In this document: one piece after another, positions 16,201 through 28,385 of the stretch
Position numbering within the stretch: position 1 is the first letter of the stretch
Layout of the letters: every line of letters starts with the position of its first letter
Origin: Zygnema circumcarinatum SAG 698-1b
Taxonomy: Eukaryota > Plantae > Zygnematophyceae
Length of the DNA: 64,000 bases
Direction: 5' to 3'
NCBI GenBank assembly: GCA_037447605.1
Contig: CM074807.1
Coordinates: forward strand, 3,856,829 to 3,920,828
The notes under the pieces: model-generated
The model's database searches: none
Told to the model about the DNA's origin: nothing
What the model saw: the letters and a program-made list of their open reading frames with translations, nothing else
Position numbers and translations under genes: made by a program

Positions 16201-19200
16201 GCCTAAAACCTTCTTCTTACAAAGAAGAAGTCTTCTTATAAAACAACCTTCATGTGCGTTTCATCAGTGTTTGGGCATTGAGACGAAGAAATGAGGATGC
16301 TATAGGAGGGGGGACAACGTCTTCCCTTCATTGCTGGTCTTAGAAGTAGACGGGTTAGTGGGCTTGCAGGTGCATTGGCGGATGCGGTGATCAGCATTGC
16401 TCTAGCTCACAGTGATGTTCTCACAGCGACTATTTTGGAAAGGGAAGAGTGCGAGGTAAGACTCAGAGAGTGGGCCGGAGCATTTGAGCAAGGAGGTACT
16501 GCAGAAGGGAAGGCTGTTCGAGAAAGGGGGGGGAGGGGGGGGGGAGTGTGGGGCGAGAGGGGAAGGGGGAGGGAGAGCGAGGTGTGGGGGTGAGAGGGAG
16601 AGATGGGGGACAGGGAGAGGGGGGGAAAGGGGGGGGGAAGATGGGGGCGAAGAGAGGGGAAGAAAACGGACGAACGAATGAACGAATAGACAGTATGAAT
16701 GAATGAGTGAAAGAACGGTAACTTCTGAAACTCGTTTGGCTGCAGCTTTTAGGAATGGGGGCCTATCTTGGGGTGGCACATGCCTCTGATCTCCCTCCCA
16801 AGTTTATCCACCTCAAATACACACCACCCAGTGGGCAAATCACAAAGAGGCTCGCAGTTGTGGGAAAAGGTGAGTTGCTCTGCTGTGTGATCTCTTTTAG
16901 AGAGAGAGAGTAGAAAGTCTCTAAAAAAGTCTCCTCCATTCTGTTTCTTTGATTTAAGCTGTGGGGTCTTGAATTGTACAGTCTTCTTACCGTAGCCTTC
17001 GTCCTTTGGCACTTCCAGGTATATGCTTCGATTCAGGTGGTTATAACATTAAAACTGGAGCTGGTTGCGCAATAGAGTTCATGAAAACCGACATGGGAGG
17101 GGCAGCTGCTGCATTTGGAGCAGCAAAAGCCATTGGTGATATCAAGCCCGAAGGAGTGGAGGTAACGAAACGAAACAAAGAAACGAAAGGACTCTGAAGT
17201 GAAGTGAAAAAGTTCGAGTACTCTATCACTTGAAGCTTTCAGTCGGCTTACAAGGAAGGAGCGAGGAGCAGAAATTGTTTTTTTTCTCTCTTTGACGGAT
17301 ATCCGGCTAGTCGCATACTCTGCATCTCTCAGCCATTCCCATATGGTTCTTGCCTTGCTCTTTCTTGCTTGGCAGGTGCACTTTATTTCAGCAGTCTGTG
17401 AGAACATGATTAGTGGGAGGGGGATGCGGCCTGGTGACATTATCACAGCATCAAATGGAAAGACTATCGAGGTTAGTAAGGCCCTGCTTAGATTTTTCTT
17501 TAGCCCCGTGATCTTAAGGAGGAGGGAAGATAAAGACTTAGTCCTTTTTCACCCACTGTTTTTCTCATCGGTCGAATGGTAGGACATCCTTTTAGCGTCT
17601 TGTTTTTCATTTTGAAATGTGAAGTCTATTAGAGAAGTAACCATCAGTAAGCCCAGCCGTGAAGATGGAAAAATGGCCAGCAAGATAAGGACAAACGTGG
17701 ACCTGCAAACATGCTGTGCATAACGTGAACTCTCACCTGCCAACACCCCTACTCTGCATTTCACGAAAAAAGGAAGCGAACTTTTATCAGGCTCTTTTTC
17801 CATTGTAACCCATACAGAATCTGTTAGCAGCGTTTGGCTTATTCAGCCAGTTTTTGCTTATGTATTGGAATCCACTTTCCATGTCCAGCTGAACCCGTAC
17901 CTCCTGCATGTTGTTTTTTTCCCCCTTTTCGCAGGTTAATAATACGGATGCTGAGGGCCGTCTCACGCTTGCAGATGCCCTTGTGTATGCATGTCACCTC
18001 AATGTTGATGCGGTGAGAGGCTGCATTTGCCCCCCACCCATGAAGCTCTTATCTCTTCACTAATCATTGTAGAAGAAGAAGAAGAAGTCGTACCAAGAAC
18101 ATATGCATCTGTGGGGAGCCTTCTGCAATAGTCTCCGTTGCTATTAGCTTCTTTTGTTTCCTTGTTTTGACGTTTTGCAGATTGTTGACTTAGCCACACT
18201 GACTGGAGCAGTGGTGGTGGCTCTTGGAGATGATGTCGCAGGCAAGTTCACTGTAGTTTTCCAGAGCTTTTATACGAAGTAGCCGATCTTTCACTTTTAT
18301 TGCCATAGCCATGTAGTTCAAGAATATCAAGCACGACGTTTCTGATCTGCAACACTTATTCGACCAGTCAAAACAACAGAAACTGCGAGGTAGCAACAAT
18401 AGTAACAGCAATGAAGCAGCGTCTTAATGTCTCCTCTTACGACACTTGATAAGGAGCAAAGATACTAAAGATTATGAAGGCATGGTTCCAATCACCTTCA
18501 TGAAAGCAACATTATATATATGGGAGTGCTTGTGATATCGTGCTTTGTGCCTTGCTTTGCGTACATTATCCACTTGTCTCATTAGAGAGGATTTAGGGCA
18601 TGGCAGGCCTATTTTCTCCAAGCGACCAGTTGGCAGAGGAGCTGCTGACAGCAGCTAAAGGAGCAGGAGAGAAACTGTGGAGAATGCCACTCATTGAGGA
18701 GTGAGACACTCTGTCATTCTCTATGTATGTTTCTTTCTGTGTATGTGTGTCTATGTATGTATCTGTGTATGACCGGAGAGATGAGTCAAAGTAAAGTCAA
18801 TTGTTTTGGGATGCTCGTTTTTTTAAGGTCATTTAAAGGCTTATGAGAGATGGCAATCTCATTGAACCACGTGCCTGTCTTTAGTGATCCGAAAGGGGAT
18901 GGCGGACCAGGACAGATATAAGGAGGCCTTGAAGAGCCCTATTGCTGATCTCGTCAATACGGGCGGCAGGGCTGGAGGGGCTATCAAGGCAGCCCTATTT
19001 CTGAGCGAGGTGCGAACACTTTGTTTATCCTTCAGATGGTTTACTTTTGTGTATGAGACCTCAGCACGAGTTCAATCGCATGCTTTGGTGAAGATGGCAC
19101 GTGGAGCCTCCTGCTGCACCAGGGTGGGTGCAGGAAATGGGATGACGTGCTCGTCTGAAGTGTAGGAGAGAGTGGAAGTGAGAGAGAGAGAGAGAGGTAG

Positions 19201-19391
19201 AGGAGGGGGGAGTGAGAGGGCGAGGAAGGAATTCTGATTATGGGGGGTGGTTGTGAATGCAGTTTGTGGAGAAGGGGATGCCGTGGGCTCACATAGACAT
19301 TGCGGGACCTGCGTTCAATGAGAAGAAGGGGCTGGCGACAGGATATGGCGTTGGGACAATCATTAACTGGATAAGGCAACACGGAGGGTGA
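13250..19391 (+). CDS. LAP: M17 leucine aminopeptidase, about 15 exons; a transit-peptide exon may lie upstream
   Basis: [80 protein letters not shown], ending IRQHGG*. Start codon uncertain (13077 or 13250). Confidence 0.95.
14691..14733 (+). repeat. Solo copy, in a LAP intron, of the ~40-bp repeat forming the inverted arms at 27830-28332
   Basis: gcattgatctcacgatggcgatgtcatcaaatgtacatggaca compared with gcgttgatctcacgatggcgaggccatcaaatgtaca(gtaca)tggaca. Confidence 0.8.
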
Positions 19392-20280
19392 AAGGCTGTC
19401 TCATGTGCCGCCTATTGTTGGTCTTCAAGGTCACGACCTGTAATCCCATGATATGTACACTTTGAGTAATAGGCACAAAAATGGTTGAACTTTGTTGTAC
19501 CCATTACTGTACCTTGTTTTAGTCGCCTGAAACAAGTCTCCTTTTTGCTTCTGTCATCTCGCCCTCGTTCTTTTCTTGAAGGAGAGAGCAGAGCTTCTCC
19601 TCTCTCAGTGCAGAGTTTGGAAGCCCCATAAGGCCTTGAGGCTAGTGGCAAGATAGACAATTGAAGGCATGTTATGCTTCGAGCAGAAGAGCTACGCTGC
19701 TCCGCTTCCTTAGTTTACCCTAAAACAATAATTGCCATACAAAGGGGGTTGACGGGATCAGGCTGCTCCGTGCAAGCCCTTCCAGCTGTGCTGCATAGTG
19801 TCACATTCAGCCTCAGGCCCTCCCTTTCAGATGCACCCTGCAATGGAGGGGGTCCATGAGCTAACTGCCTAACGCTTCCATCATTGACATAGAGCATGGT
19901 TTGGGGACAGTTATTGCACGGGCTATGTATCGAGTCGCCTTGCTTTATCGCTTGGTCTCGCATCTAGCTTTGTCTTATGTCGTGAACTACTTTTCTGCAA
20001 GGGGGGGATTTGAGCTGAGCTTAACTCCTGATAGTCCTTTTCCTACTCGTAGTCAACTTTTTGCTTTTGCTAACACATGTAAGGAGTTTCCGAATTTAAA
20101 AATGCGCACGGAATGCCCCTACTTATTGTACCTGGACTTGTTCAGATACCAGGTACCTATTTAGGCTGAGGCATTATGAGGGGTCAGATCGGATCTGAGC
20201 CATCCATTGAACCTCAACTGCAGTCGCCATTCGTTGTCAACCAAGACCTCGTTAGCCTCTCCCCACCCCCCATCCGAAAG

Positions 20281-20478
20281 TTAGGGTTTTCAGGTTAAAA
20301 GAATTCAGAGGCTTTAGGGTTAAACAAACCTTTGAGGATCCAAACATCCCACAGTCGACAACCAGACCGAAGTTCCTCGTTTCCCTGTAGGACCATTTAG
20401 GGATTGATTGGACTTAGAGCGCTCTTTGAAGGGGTTAGAAAGGATAGGTTTCGAGGAAATTTTAGGGTTTGAGGGTTT
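20281..20478 (+). repeat. Scattered degenerate telomere-like motifs
   Basis: ttagggtttt, tttagggtt, ggggttag and tttagggtttgagggttt between the convergent 3' ends of LAP and the kinase. Confidence 0.45.
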
Positions 20479-20920
20479 CTCAAGCATCGTTGGCAGCCAA
20501 GCGCTCCACCACTGTGAAGGAGCACAGGATCTTACAGGGCAAAAAGAATGCATAAAAGTGTCAAAGTAATACTGGCAATGGACGCACTCTATTGCTGTAA
20601 TGGCACATGCCATACAGACCCTATTTGAGATATTCTTGACATGCAGACAGACAGACGGACAGACCCTCCATAGTACCTAAGTACGAAGCCTTTATACTTG
20701 TCGGGGCAGCCGCAGCTACACGACATCGTGAGAAAAAACAATGAAAAAATTATCATAACTGAAAATGTACGACCACCGACTAGGGTTTCTTAGTTCAGAA
20801 TGTTCTTCTCTACTCTTATCTACTGTACCGCCCCAAATATATATTCGACAAATCCCCAATAAAAACAAGCCTTCCTGTGCCTTTACTATCTCACTCTGCT
20901 GTCTTCTGTACTTGCACCCT

Positions 20921-23900
20921 TCATCGCCTTGTTATGAAAGGATGCCCTGCAACACAAGTAAAAGAAGTGTAACTTCAGCGAGATGTTCATTAGCACACCT
21001 TATTCCTTCAAAATGAGAGAGAGACAGAGAGTGAGAGAAAGAGGGGGGGGGGGGGGGGGGGGGGGGNNNNNNNNNNGGAGAGGAGAGCGAGAGCGAGAGC
21101 GAGAGGGAGAGAACGAGAGGAGAGAGGGTTGCAGGAGGGGAGAGAGATGGAGCGGGGATAGAGGGAGAGGGAGGGAGAGGAGCGAGGAGAGGAAAGAACC
21201 GACAAGGAGGGAGAGAGAGAGTGGCCAGAGGGAACAATAACGGAGGGCAGAGAGAGTGAGCGAGAGACAGAGAGCGCTCTGGCCCACAGCCTGCCTCCCT
21301 GCCTCCCTGACTGACTGACTGACTGACTGACCGACTAACTGACCGAGTATCTCCTCGGGTGTGATCCGCTTCTTAGGGTCCCTCGTGAGCATCCTCCTGA
21401 CGAGGTCCTTCCCCGCCTCGGAGACTGCCGGCCACGGGCTGCGCGCGAGGTTCAGCTTCCCCTCGCGGATGGCCTCGAATATCCCTTCATTGGAGGCCGC
21501 CCAGAAGGGCGGAATGCCCGACAGGAGGATGTACAGGACCACTCCCGCACTCCATACATCCGCCGCAGGGCCGTACCTCTCCGCCAAAACCTCCGGGGCG
21601 AGGTAGAAGGGGGACCCGGCCATGTCCTTGCAGGGCTTGCCTGCAGCAGCAGCATCATCCCAGAGAGAGGAAGGTTTGTTTATTCTCAGTTATCGTCTTG
21701 GTCTTCTCCTTGCTATTGTGATCGTAATCGTTGTTGTTGTTGTTGATGATGATGATGATATTGTTGCTGTTAATCCCATTGTTCTTGTTGTTGCTACTGA
21801 TCTTGCTGAACTTGCTGATCTTGCTGATGTTGCTATTGTTGCCGATGTTATTGGTAAAGTTGCTGTTTTCGTTTCTATTCTCGTTTGTTGTTTCTCAAGC
21901 AGTCTCAACGCAGCGACGTTGACCTAAATTCGACGTAGTTTAGGTCAAACACGTCACAGACGGACGAAAGACTGACGAAAGCACTCCTATCCCAAAGACT
22001 GACTCCCACTCCCACTCCCTCTCTCCAGATTTTTAGGGTTTGGGTTCAACGATGAGATCGATCACTCACCTTTCTTGAAAAACGCTGCAACTCCGTAGTC
22101 GATCACTTTGATAGTGGTATGGTCCTCCGGACTGCAAAGCAGAATGTTTTCCGGCTTCAAATCGCGGTGCATTACCCCCCGCGAGTGGCAATACCGCAGC
22201 ACCTCCGCAATGGTGCGGCAAACAATGGCGGCTTCCCTCTCCGGATAAAATTTGCGAAGTTTGATGCGATCAAAGAGCTCCCCTCCTTCACACAGCTCCA
22301 TCACCAAATGCACATTCTGCGAGAGTCCTCCCTCTCCCCACACAAGAATAGAATTCAGTAATCTTTGGTATAAGGATGAGCAGTTAGTTTATGAGTTTTA
22401 GTTTATAATATTGTCCTTCTCTTGTTATCAGTCGGACCCACTCTCTGTCATTTCCCCTACGCTCCCGTTTCCCCTTTCAAAAAAGGGAATTGCCACGCAC
22501 AAAACCCTAAAGTAAGTGAAAGAAGGGTATGAAGGGCATTAAGAGCACCTGCGGATCCTCGTATGTGCCCTTAAGATGCACCACATCGGGATGGCCTCTA
22601 AGAAGCTCCATAACTGCGACTTCCCGCCGTACATCCTCTAGGTCTTGAGCACACTGCAAACGCAATTACACACACACACACACACCAATCACTCACACAT
22701 TCTCTCCTTAAAAGATAAACCAAGGAAATTCCCCTCTCTGTCCCCTCCCTCGCTCTCTCCTTCCCTCCCTCTTGTTTTCCCTCTCCCCCTCACTCCCTTC
22801 CCTCCCCACCCTCCCCCACTCCCTCCCCCCCCTTTCCCCTCTCCCCCACCTCTCCCCCACCTCTCCCACCTTCAGCCTACCCTTGCTAATGGACTTGCAG
22901 GCCAGCCTCTCTCCCGCCCTATTCCCTCTCCCCCTCTCTCCCCTCTCCCCCTCACTCCCTTCCCTCCCACCCTCTCCCCCCTCCCTCCCCCCCCCTCCCC
23001 CTCTCTCTCCACTCCCCCTCACTCCCTTCCNNNNNNNNNNCTCCCCCTCTCCCCCACCTCTCCCCCCATCTCTCCCACCTTGAGCCTCCCCTTGCTTATG
23101 GACTTGCAGGCCAGCCTCTCTCCCGTCTGTCGGTGCACGCACACTCGGATGACCCCAAACCTTCCCCTCCCGAGCTCCTGCGCGTACACGTGGAAGTCCT
23201 CATGCACGCTCACAAAGGGCCTTTGTAAAATGTTGACTCCCTTCTCCCTGCTGCGCCCAAAACCCAGCGCACTCCGGATGCCCAAACTTCGTGGTTTGTA
23301 GCTCAGGGCGGAGGCTTGCTCGGGGCTGGCAAGGGGCATAACTGCGGGAGCATGCTTCCTAATGGGAGCGACTTCTATGGGGCTGATGGGGCGAAGGAGA
23401 GGGGGGGGAGAGGGAGAGGGAGGGGGAGGGGAAGGGACGGAAGCTGCTGCAGGAGTGACGTCAGCAGGGAGTGCATCTTCGTCAGGGTCCCCAACAGGAA
23501 TGGCTTGAAAGATACGCCAATGCTTGGGCATGCTGTTCACTGCCGGCTGCGTTTCTCTTTGTGGGTGGGAGTTTTCCTCTCCCCTTCCTTCTCGATACCC
23601 ACCTCCTCCTCCTCCTCCCTGTTGCCGTTTAGGCCCCTGGTAGCTGATAGGCCCCTCTCTCCCACTCCCTCCTCTCTCGATAGGACTCTTCTGTCTCTGC
23701 TGCTCTCTCCCTTCCCCGACCTCCTCCTCCTCTCCAAGGATGAGCTTGCGCCCTACAGAAAACCTTACTACAGAAGCACGTTCTGCATCAGGGGTTTCGT
23801 CTACTGCATACCTTTGCACCTCCCCCCTCCTCCCTCTCTGCCCCTCTCGGCCTCTCACTGTCTCTGTGTCTTCTTGAAGTTGCTCCCTCTCAGGATGCAG

Positions 23901-25922
23901 GAGGTCCTCCTCCTCCGGGTCCTCCACCGCTCCCCCTCTCTCTCTCTCCCTCAATTCCGGCGCTTCCTCGGAGCTGCTCTCATCCTCCTCGTCTATGGCC
24001 ACTCCTCTACTGCCTCTCATAGTGAGATTCCCCATGAGCCACTCGCGCGTGTTCAGCAGCCTCTCACTAATCTGCTGCTCCTCTCTCTCCCTCTCCAGCC
24101 TCTCCTGCTCCTCCTTCTCTCTATGCCGCTGCTCCCTCTCCCTCTGCCGCAGCATTCGCATCTGCGCCTCCTCCCTCTCTCTCTCCCTCTGCTCAACCTC
24201 TTCCTGCTCCTCCATTCCTGCCCTTAACCCTTCTCCCACTCGCCCCTCCCCTCCCGCCAAGCTCCTCATGCTCTTCCCAAGACTGCCCCTCCCTGAACCC
24301 TGCACTCCTCCTGGAAACAGATATGCGCTCCCCCCAACGGCTCCCTGAGCTTCGGGAGAGGAGTCTCTCTCCTCCTTCTCCACTCTCACTCTCTGCCCCT
24401 CCGCCCCTCTCCCTCTCAACGCCGCCAAGTCGGAGGGAGGCGAGAGACCCCCGTGCCTACCTCTCAGCTGCTGCTGTGGCGCCTCCTGATTGGCCGATAG
24501 CTTCTGCCTCTCACCGTCTGAAGCACCCTTAAAGAGAGCCCGAGATGCTGCTCCGATATGGCGGTCTGACAGAGAGCCCGGCTCGGCCAAGACCATGGCT
24601 GCCCCACGTGTGGCTCCGATCTTGCTGTCGTCTCTATGGCCCCACTCTCTCTCCCTCCCATTCTCCGCATACTCCATAGGGGAGCTCTCTCTCGTTCTAG
24701 GGTTGCTACTGTGTTTCGAATTCGCCACCATGGCTTCCGAGCTATTCTTCTGATAGTTTGCAGAGTTGGGTGACAGAGGCACGCCTGCAGCTCCTCTCCC
24801 TGAGGAAGGAGGGAGGGAGAGCTGCGGGGCGGGCCGAAATAGGGCAGCGAAACCGCTCCCAGACCTCGTTCTCGTGTGCTTCCCTTTGACCGCTTGTAAT
24901 TTACTCGGATCTTCTGAAGTGGTGGGCGGAGCGGAGAGGGAGACGGGGAGGGAGTGGGGAGGCTGCCCTGTGGGACTCATTCCCCGGGGCGATCTCCCGG
25001 AGCGAGAGAGAGACGAGGCGGGAGAGATTCCCTGGGGGCTTATGATTTCTGCAGGAACCCAGTCAGGGGTGCTTGTAGTTGAGAATATCTTTGGGGGGAG
25101 GCCGTTGGCGGGCACTTTGGAGAGGATGTCTTGCACCTTCTGAGGGGCTTTTTGAAGGATAACGTTCTGCACGGCACTCCTGCTGGTACCAGTCCAAGAC
25201 CTCCTGCGGGAGTCTCTCTCTCTCTCTCCTCCCGCCCCTTTCTCTCCCGCATGTTGCGCCTGCTCCCGTCTGTCGTGCACCTGCTGCTGCTGCTGCTGCT
25301 GCTGGTGCTGGTGCTGCACCACACGCAGCCCAGTCCTCCCCCTCTCCCTCTCCCTCTCCCTCTCCTTCTCCCTCTCCCTCTCCCTCTCCATCTCTCTCTC
25401 CCTCTCCTGGTCATGCCCTCCTCCTCCCGCAGCCAGCCTCAAACTCTCCACAGACGAACTCCTCTCCTTCCTCCCCCCACCCACTAGCACTCCGTCCATG
25501 TCTCCCATCAGGTCTGATTGCGACCTTCGATGTTGTGCTCTCCTGTAGTCTCCCGCAGCCTCTCTCTCTCTCTCCCACCTTTCTCTCTCTCTCCCTCCGG
25601 ACGACGCATGCACGGAGGAAAGCCCCGACGAGGGCTCAATGGAGGAAGACGAGTCGTGCGAGAGCGGTAGACCACGGCTCCCCCACCTCGCGTCCTCCCG
25701 CTCCCTCTCCCTCTCCCTCTCCCACTCCCTCCCTCTGCTGCTGCTGCTGCTGCTGCTGGGCAGAGGCTTCACCGCCTCCCCCCCCGGAAAGAGCCCTGCC
25801 GCCCCCCCCCTTGCACGGCCGCCCTGCCCGCCCAAGTCCAGCGCGAAGGAGGGCCGGTGTCCGCCGTGGGCCCTCTCCCACCCGCCCGCCCCGACCTCCG
25901 CCTCGTGCGCTATCGCCGCCAT
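20921..25922 (-). CDS. CDPK-superfamily Ser/Thr kinase of PEPKR/PEPRK type (no EF-hands) with ~900-aa low-complexity N-terminus
   Basis: Exons 25922-23079, 22653-22549, 22316-22070, 21640-21344 and 20946-20921. Product: [13 protein letters not shown]...[49 protein letters not shown], ending [11 protein letters not shown]. Two N gaps lie in introns. Confidence 0.88.
22834..22916 (-). repeat. Duplicate of the 3' end of kinase exon 1 plus its donor, inside intron 1
   Basis: 22870-22916 matches 23079-23125 at 44/47 nt, followed by the same GTGGGA donor and ~35 nt of intron. Confidence 0.9.
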
Positions 25923-27376
25923 CTCCCTCTCCAGAAGGGAGGGAGGGAGGGAGGGGGGGAGCGGGAGAGGGGTGGCGCCTTAGAATGAGAGAGCAGTGGC
26001 GAGTGGGAGGGAAGGAGGTCGGGCGGGCGGTAGCGAGGAAGGGAGGGAGCGAGGCAGGGCGCACCCCCCCCTGGCGGCAGGAGGCCCAGGCCGAGAGAGG
26101 CGGAGGGAGGGAGGGAGGGAGGGAGGAAGGGTGGAAGGCGGGCCCGCGTCAACGGCATGACGGGACAGAGGACGGCCCTGACACGGCCCCTCCCTCCCTC
26201 CGCTGCTCCATGTGCCCGCTAAATCCCGTTGGTCGTTCCGCGCGGCCATTGGTCGGAGGCGTGAGCGCTCATTTCCGCATAGAACCCATCGCGCGGTCTG
26301 GCGGTTACTGCGCGCGCTAGCGCCAACCGTTGGCAGGTAACAGCCAGCCGCCGACGTACGGACGCACGGACGAGGGCGGCCAGGGACGGGCGTACGGCGG
26401 GCGGGCTGGCCGTACCGATTGTCCTGGGCCCTTGGAGGCAGGGCATGGGGGCATGGCATGGCCATGTGAAGGATATCATGCATGCATATATGCATGGGGC
26501 GCATGCGGTGGGATGGTGCGGATGGCGACTACAGTGTTCCATGTCGGGCCGGCCGTTAACGGCGGGCACTGTGCAGGGAAATCTCCATGAATTCACGGTG
26601 CCACGTGGTGGGCAGGCCGCATGCGGGGGCGGCGGAATGTCGTCGCTGCTTGGAGGCAGCCGTCAACGCGCTACGCGCCAAAGAACCCGTCCCGCTTCGC
26701 GACAATTGACGCAAGTGGGCGCGCCGCCCCATCGGCCGCGCGGATCGCGGAGGTCCTCCGCCGGCCCTCCCTGCGGGCGACGGACGGCGCAGATCCGCCG
26801 AGGGGGCCGCGCCCCCGGGCGGGCGCAATCATTGCGCACTCGCTACAGGCGGGCGGTCCGCCACCCGCGCGGCCGTCGGCAGGCGCTTGTCGTTTGAGGG
26901 GTCGTTGGACCGCCGCCAGTTGGCACTGTGTACGGCCACCGACCATTGGCCACGGGGAGCCGGCCGCTGCCGGCCGGTACGCCGCCGCGCCGGGCGGGCC
27001 GCGCAACGCGACAAGCGGCGGAATGGCCGGCCGGGCGGCAGAATGGCCGGGCGGGCGGCAGAATCGCCTGGATCGGACCGCTCGCGACGTGCGCCGTGGA
27101 CCCTAGCGCGCGCGCTCGCAGCCGTCCGATCCGCAGGCCGTATGTTCGTACGGTACGGCCGGGACTGGATCCAGCGGCCGTTAGCGCACTGTGCCGCCGC
27201 GGATTCTCGCGCCATTTTGTCGCATGTGCAGCATCGTGGACTCGAGGGGGGCGGCGGTACGGCGAGCTCGAACGGCGCAAGGGGTTCCGTGGGGAGGCGA
27301 GCGTTTCCGGTGACGGCGGCTCCTTGCCAGTTGCTGTCGCCGTAGAGTTGCGAGCAGCAGCATGTGGCGCTGCGAG

Positions 27377-27472
27377 TTGACCGACGGTTGACCGGTCAAA
27401 GCGTCGCCCGCGACTTTGGCTTAGCCTACTAGCGTGTGCGCCTTCCGTGGCGGTCAACGGCCGGCGAGTCAA
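27377..27472. promoter_or_regulatory. Cluster of five W-box (TTGACY) motifs
   Basis: TTGACC at 27377 and 27388, GGTCAA at 27394 and 27452, AGTCAA at 27467. Confidence 0.35.
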
Positions 27473-27747
27473 CGGCAGCTGCGAACAGCTCGTGGCCGGG
27501 CGGGGAGGTTTGGCGTCTCTCAAGTCTCAATTGAAACAAGCTGGCGGCGACGGACAGCGACGGGAACCGCGACGGGAACCGCGACGGCAGTCGACGTACA
27601 GTACATTGAATCATCAGAACAGTCTAGTTTGCCGCCGGACACGAGTGCCGAGAAAACGACAAACTTAGCATCCGCGTGGCGCAACATCATTTGCTGTCTG
27701 TCCTTGTTTGGTTTGCTTGATGTAGATCACAGGAGATCATTTGTCGG

Positions 27748-28385
27748 GAGATCAATGCCACATCCGCGGTGGTTTGATGGATGGATGGTACAAATCAATA
27801 TCAACACGCAAGCAGAAGGGGACCTGGCGTTGATCTCACGATGGCGAGGCCATCAAATGTACAGTACATGGACAAGCTGAAGAGGAGATCAACCTTGTTG
27901 ATCAACTTTGTTCCTATGGCTATTGAGATTTTTGGCTGCCTCGACACCCGTTTGGATACCTTCCTTCGCCAGTGCGCCCATCGCTCTTTCGAGATGCACG
28001 GCCCCGGAAGCCCTCCTCCGGCGATCTTGGCTACCTTTTATCGACAACGTATTTCCGTCGCCCTTCAGCGTTGCCTTGCTTCTACGCTTCTTCGGCGTGC
28101 TGCAGTTGTTGGTGACCGTGTTGGTGNNNNNNNNNNGCCGCTCCCTCCTCGCGACGTGCCTCACATCGGTGACCTTCGCGGCTGCTTCTAGGGCTGCGTT
28201 GTTGTGCCTAGGCGTAGTTTTCCGCTCCTAGCTTTGTTTTATTGTGTTTCGGTCCTTTGTGACCAGTCCTTCGTGGTTCCACATTTTGCCTTTATCCATG
28301 TACATTTGATGGCCTCGCCATCGCGAGTTCAATGAAAGTTTGCTCCCCCTTGATCAACTAGGAGAACAGAAATGGCATTGATCTC
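27748..28385. mobile_element. Putative non-autonomous MULE-like element with interrupted long inverted arms
   Basis: Perfect 13-bp tips GAGATCAATGCCA (27748) and TGGCATTGATCTC (28373-28385), plus 34-bp inner arms 27830-27863 and 28299-28332 with 2 mismatches. No clean TSD; spans an N gap. Confidence 0.5.
27901..28191 (+). pseudogene. C-terminal fragment of a restriction-like-endonuclease (RLE) non-LTR retrotransposon ORF (CRE/NeSL/R2-type)
   Basis: FVPMAIEIFGCLDTRLDTFLRQCA...FYRQRISVALQR resembles the RLE C-terminal pattern F.P.A.E.FG...QRISxALQR. No RT domain in the window. Confidence 0.7.

Noticed and set aside
19800-20270. Possible box C/D snoRNA near telomere-like motifs
   Set aside because: No canonical RTGATGA/CTGA pair with terminal stem and rRNA guide could be verified by eye.
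21622-21927. Hydrophobic or Thr-rich ORFs
   Set aside because: These are (GTT)/(GAT)/(GCT) simple repeats in a kinase intron.
23316-26320. Long + strand ORFs antisense to kinase exon 1
   Set aside because: Shadow ORFs of a GC-rich low-complexity coding exon.
26100-27620. Many overlapping 100-226-aa ORFs
   Set aside because: Expected from stop-codon scarcity at very high GC. No domain signal.
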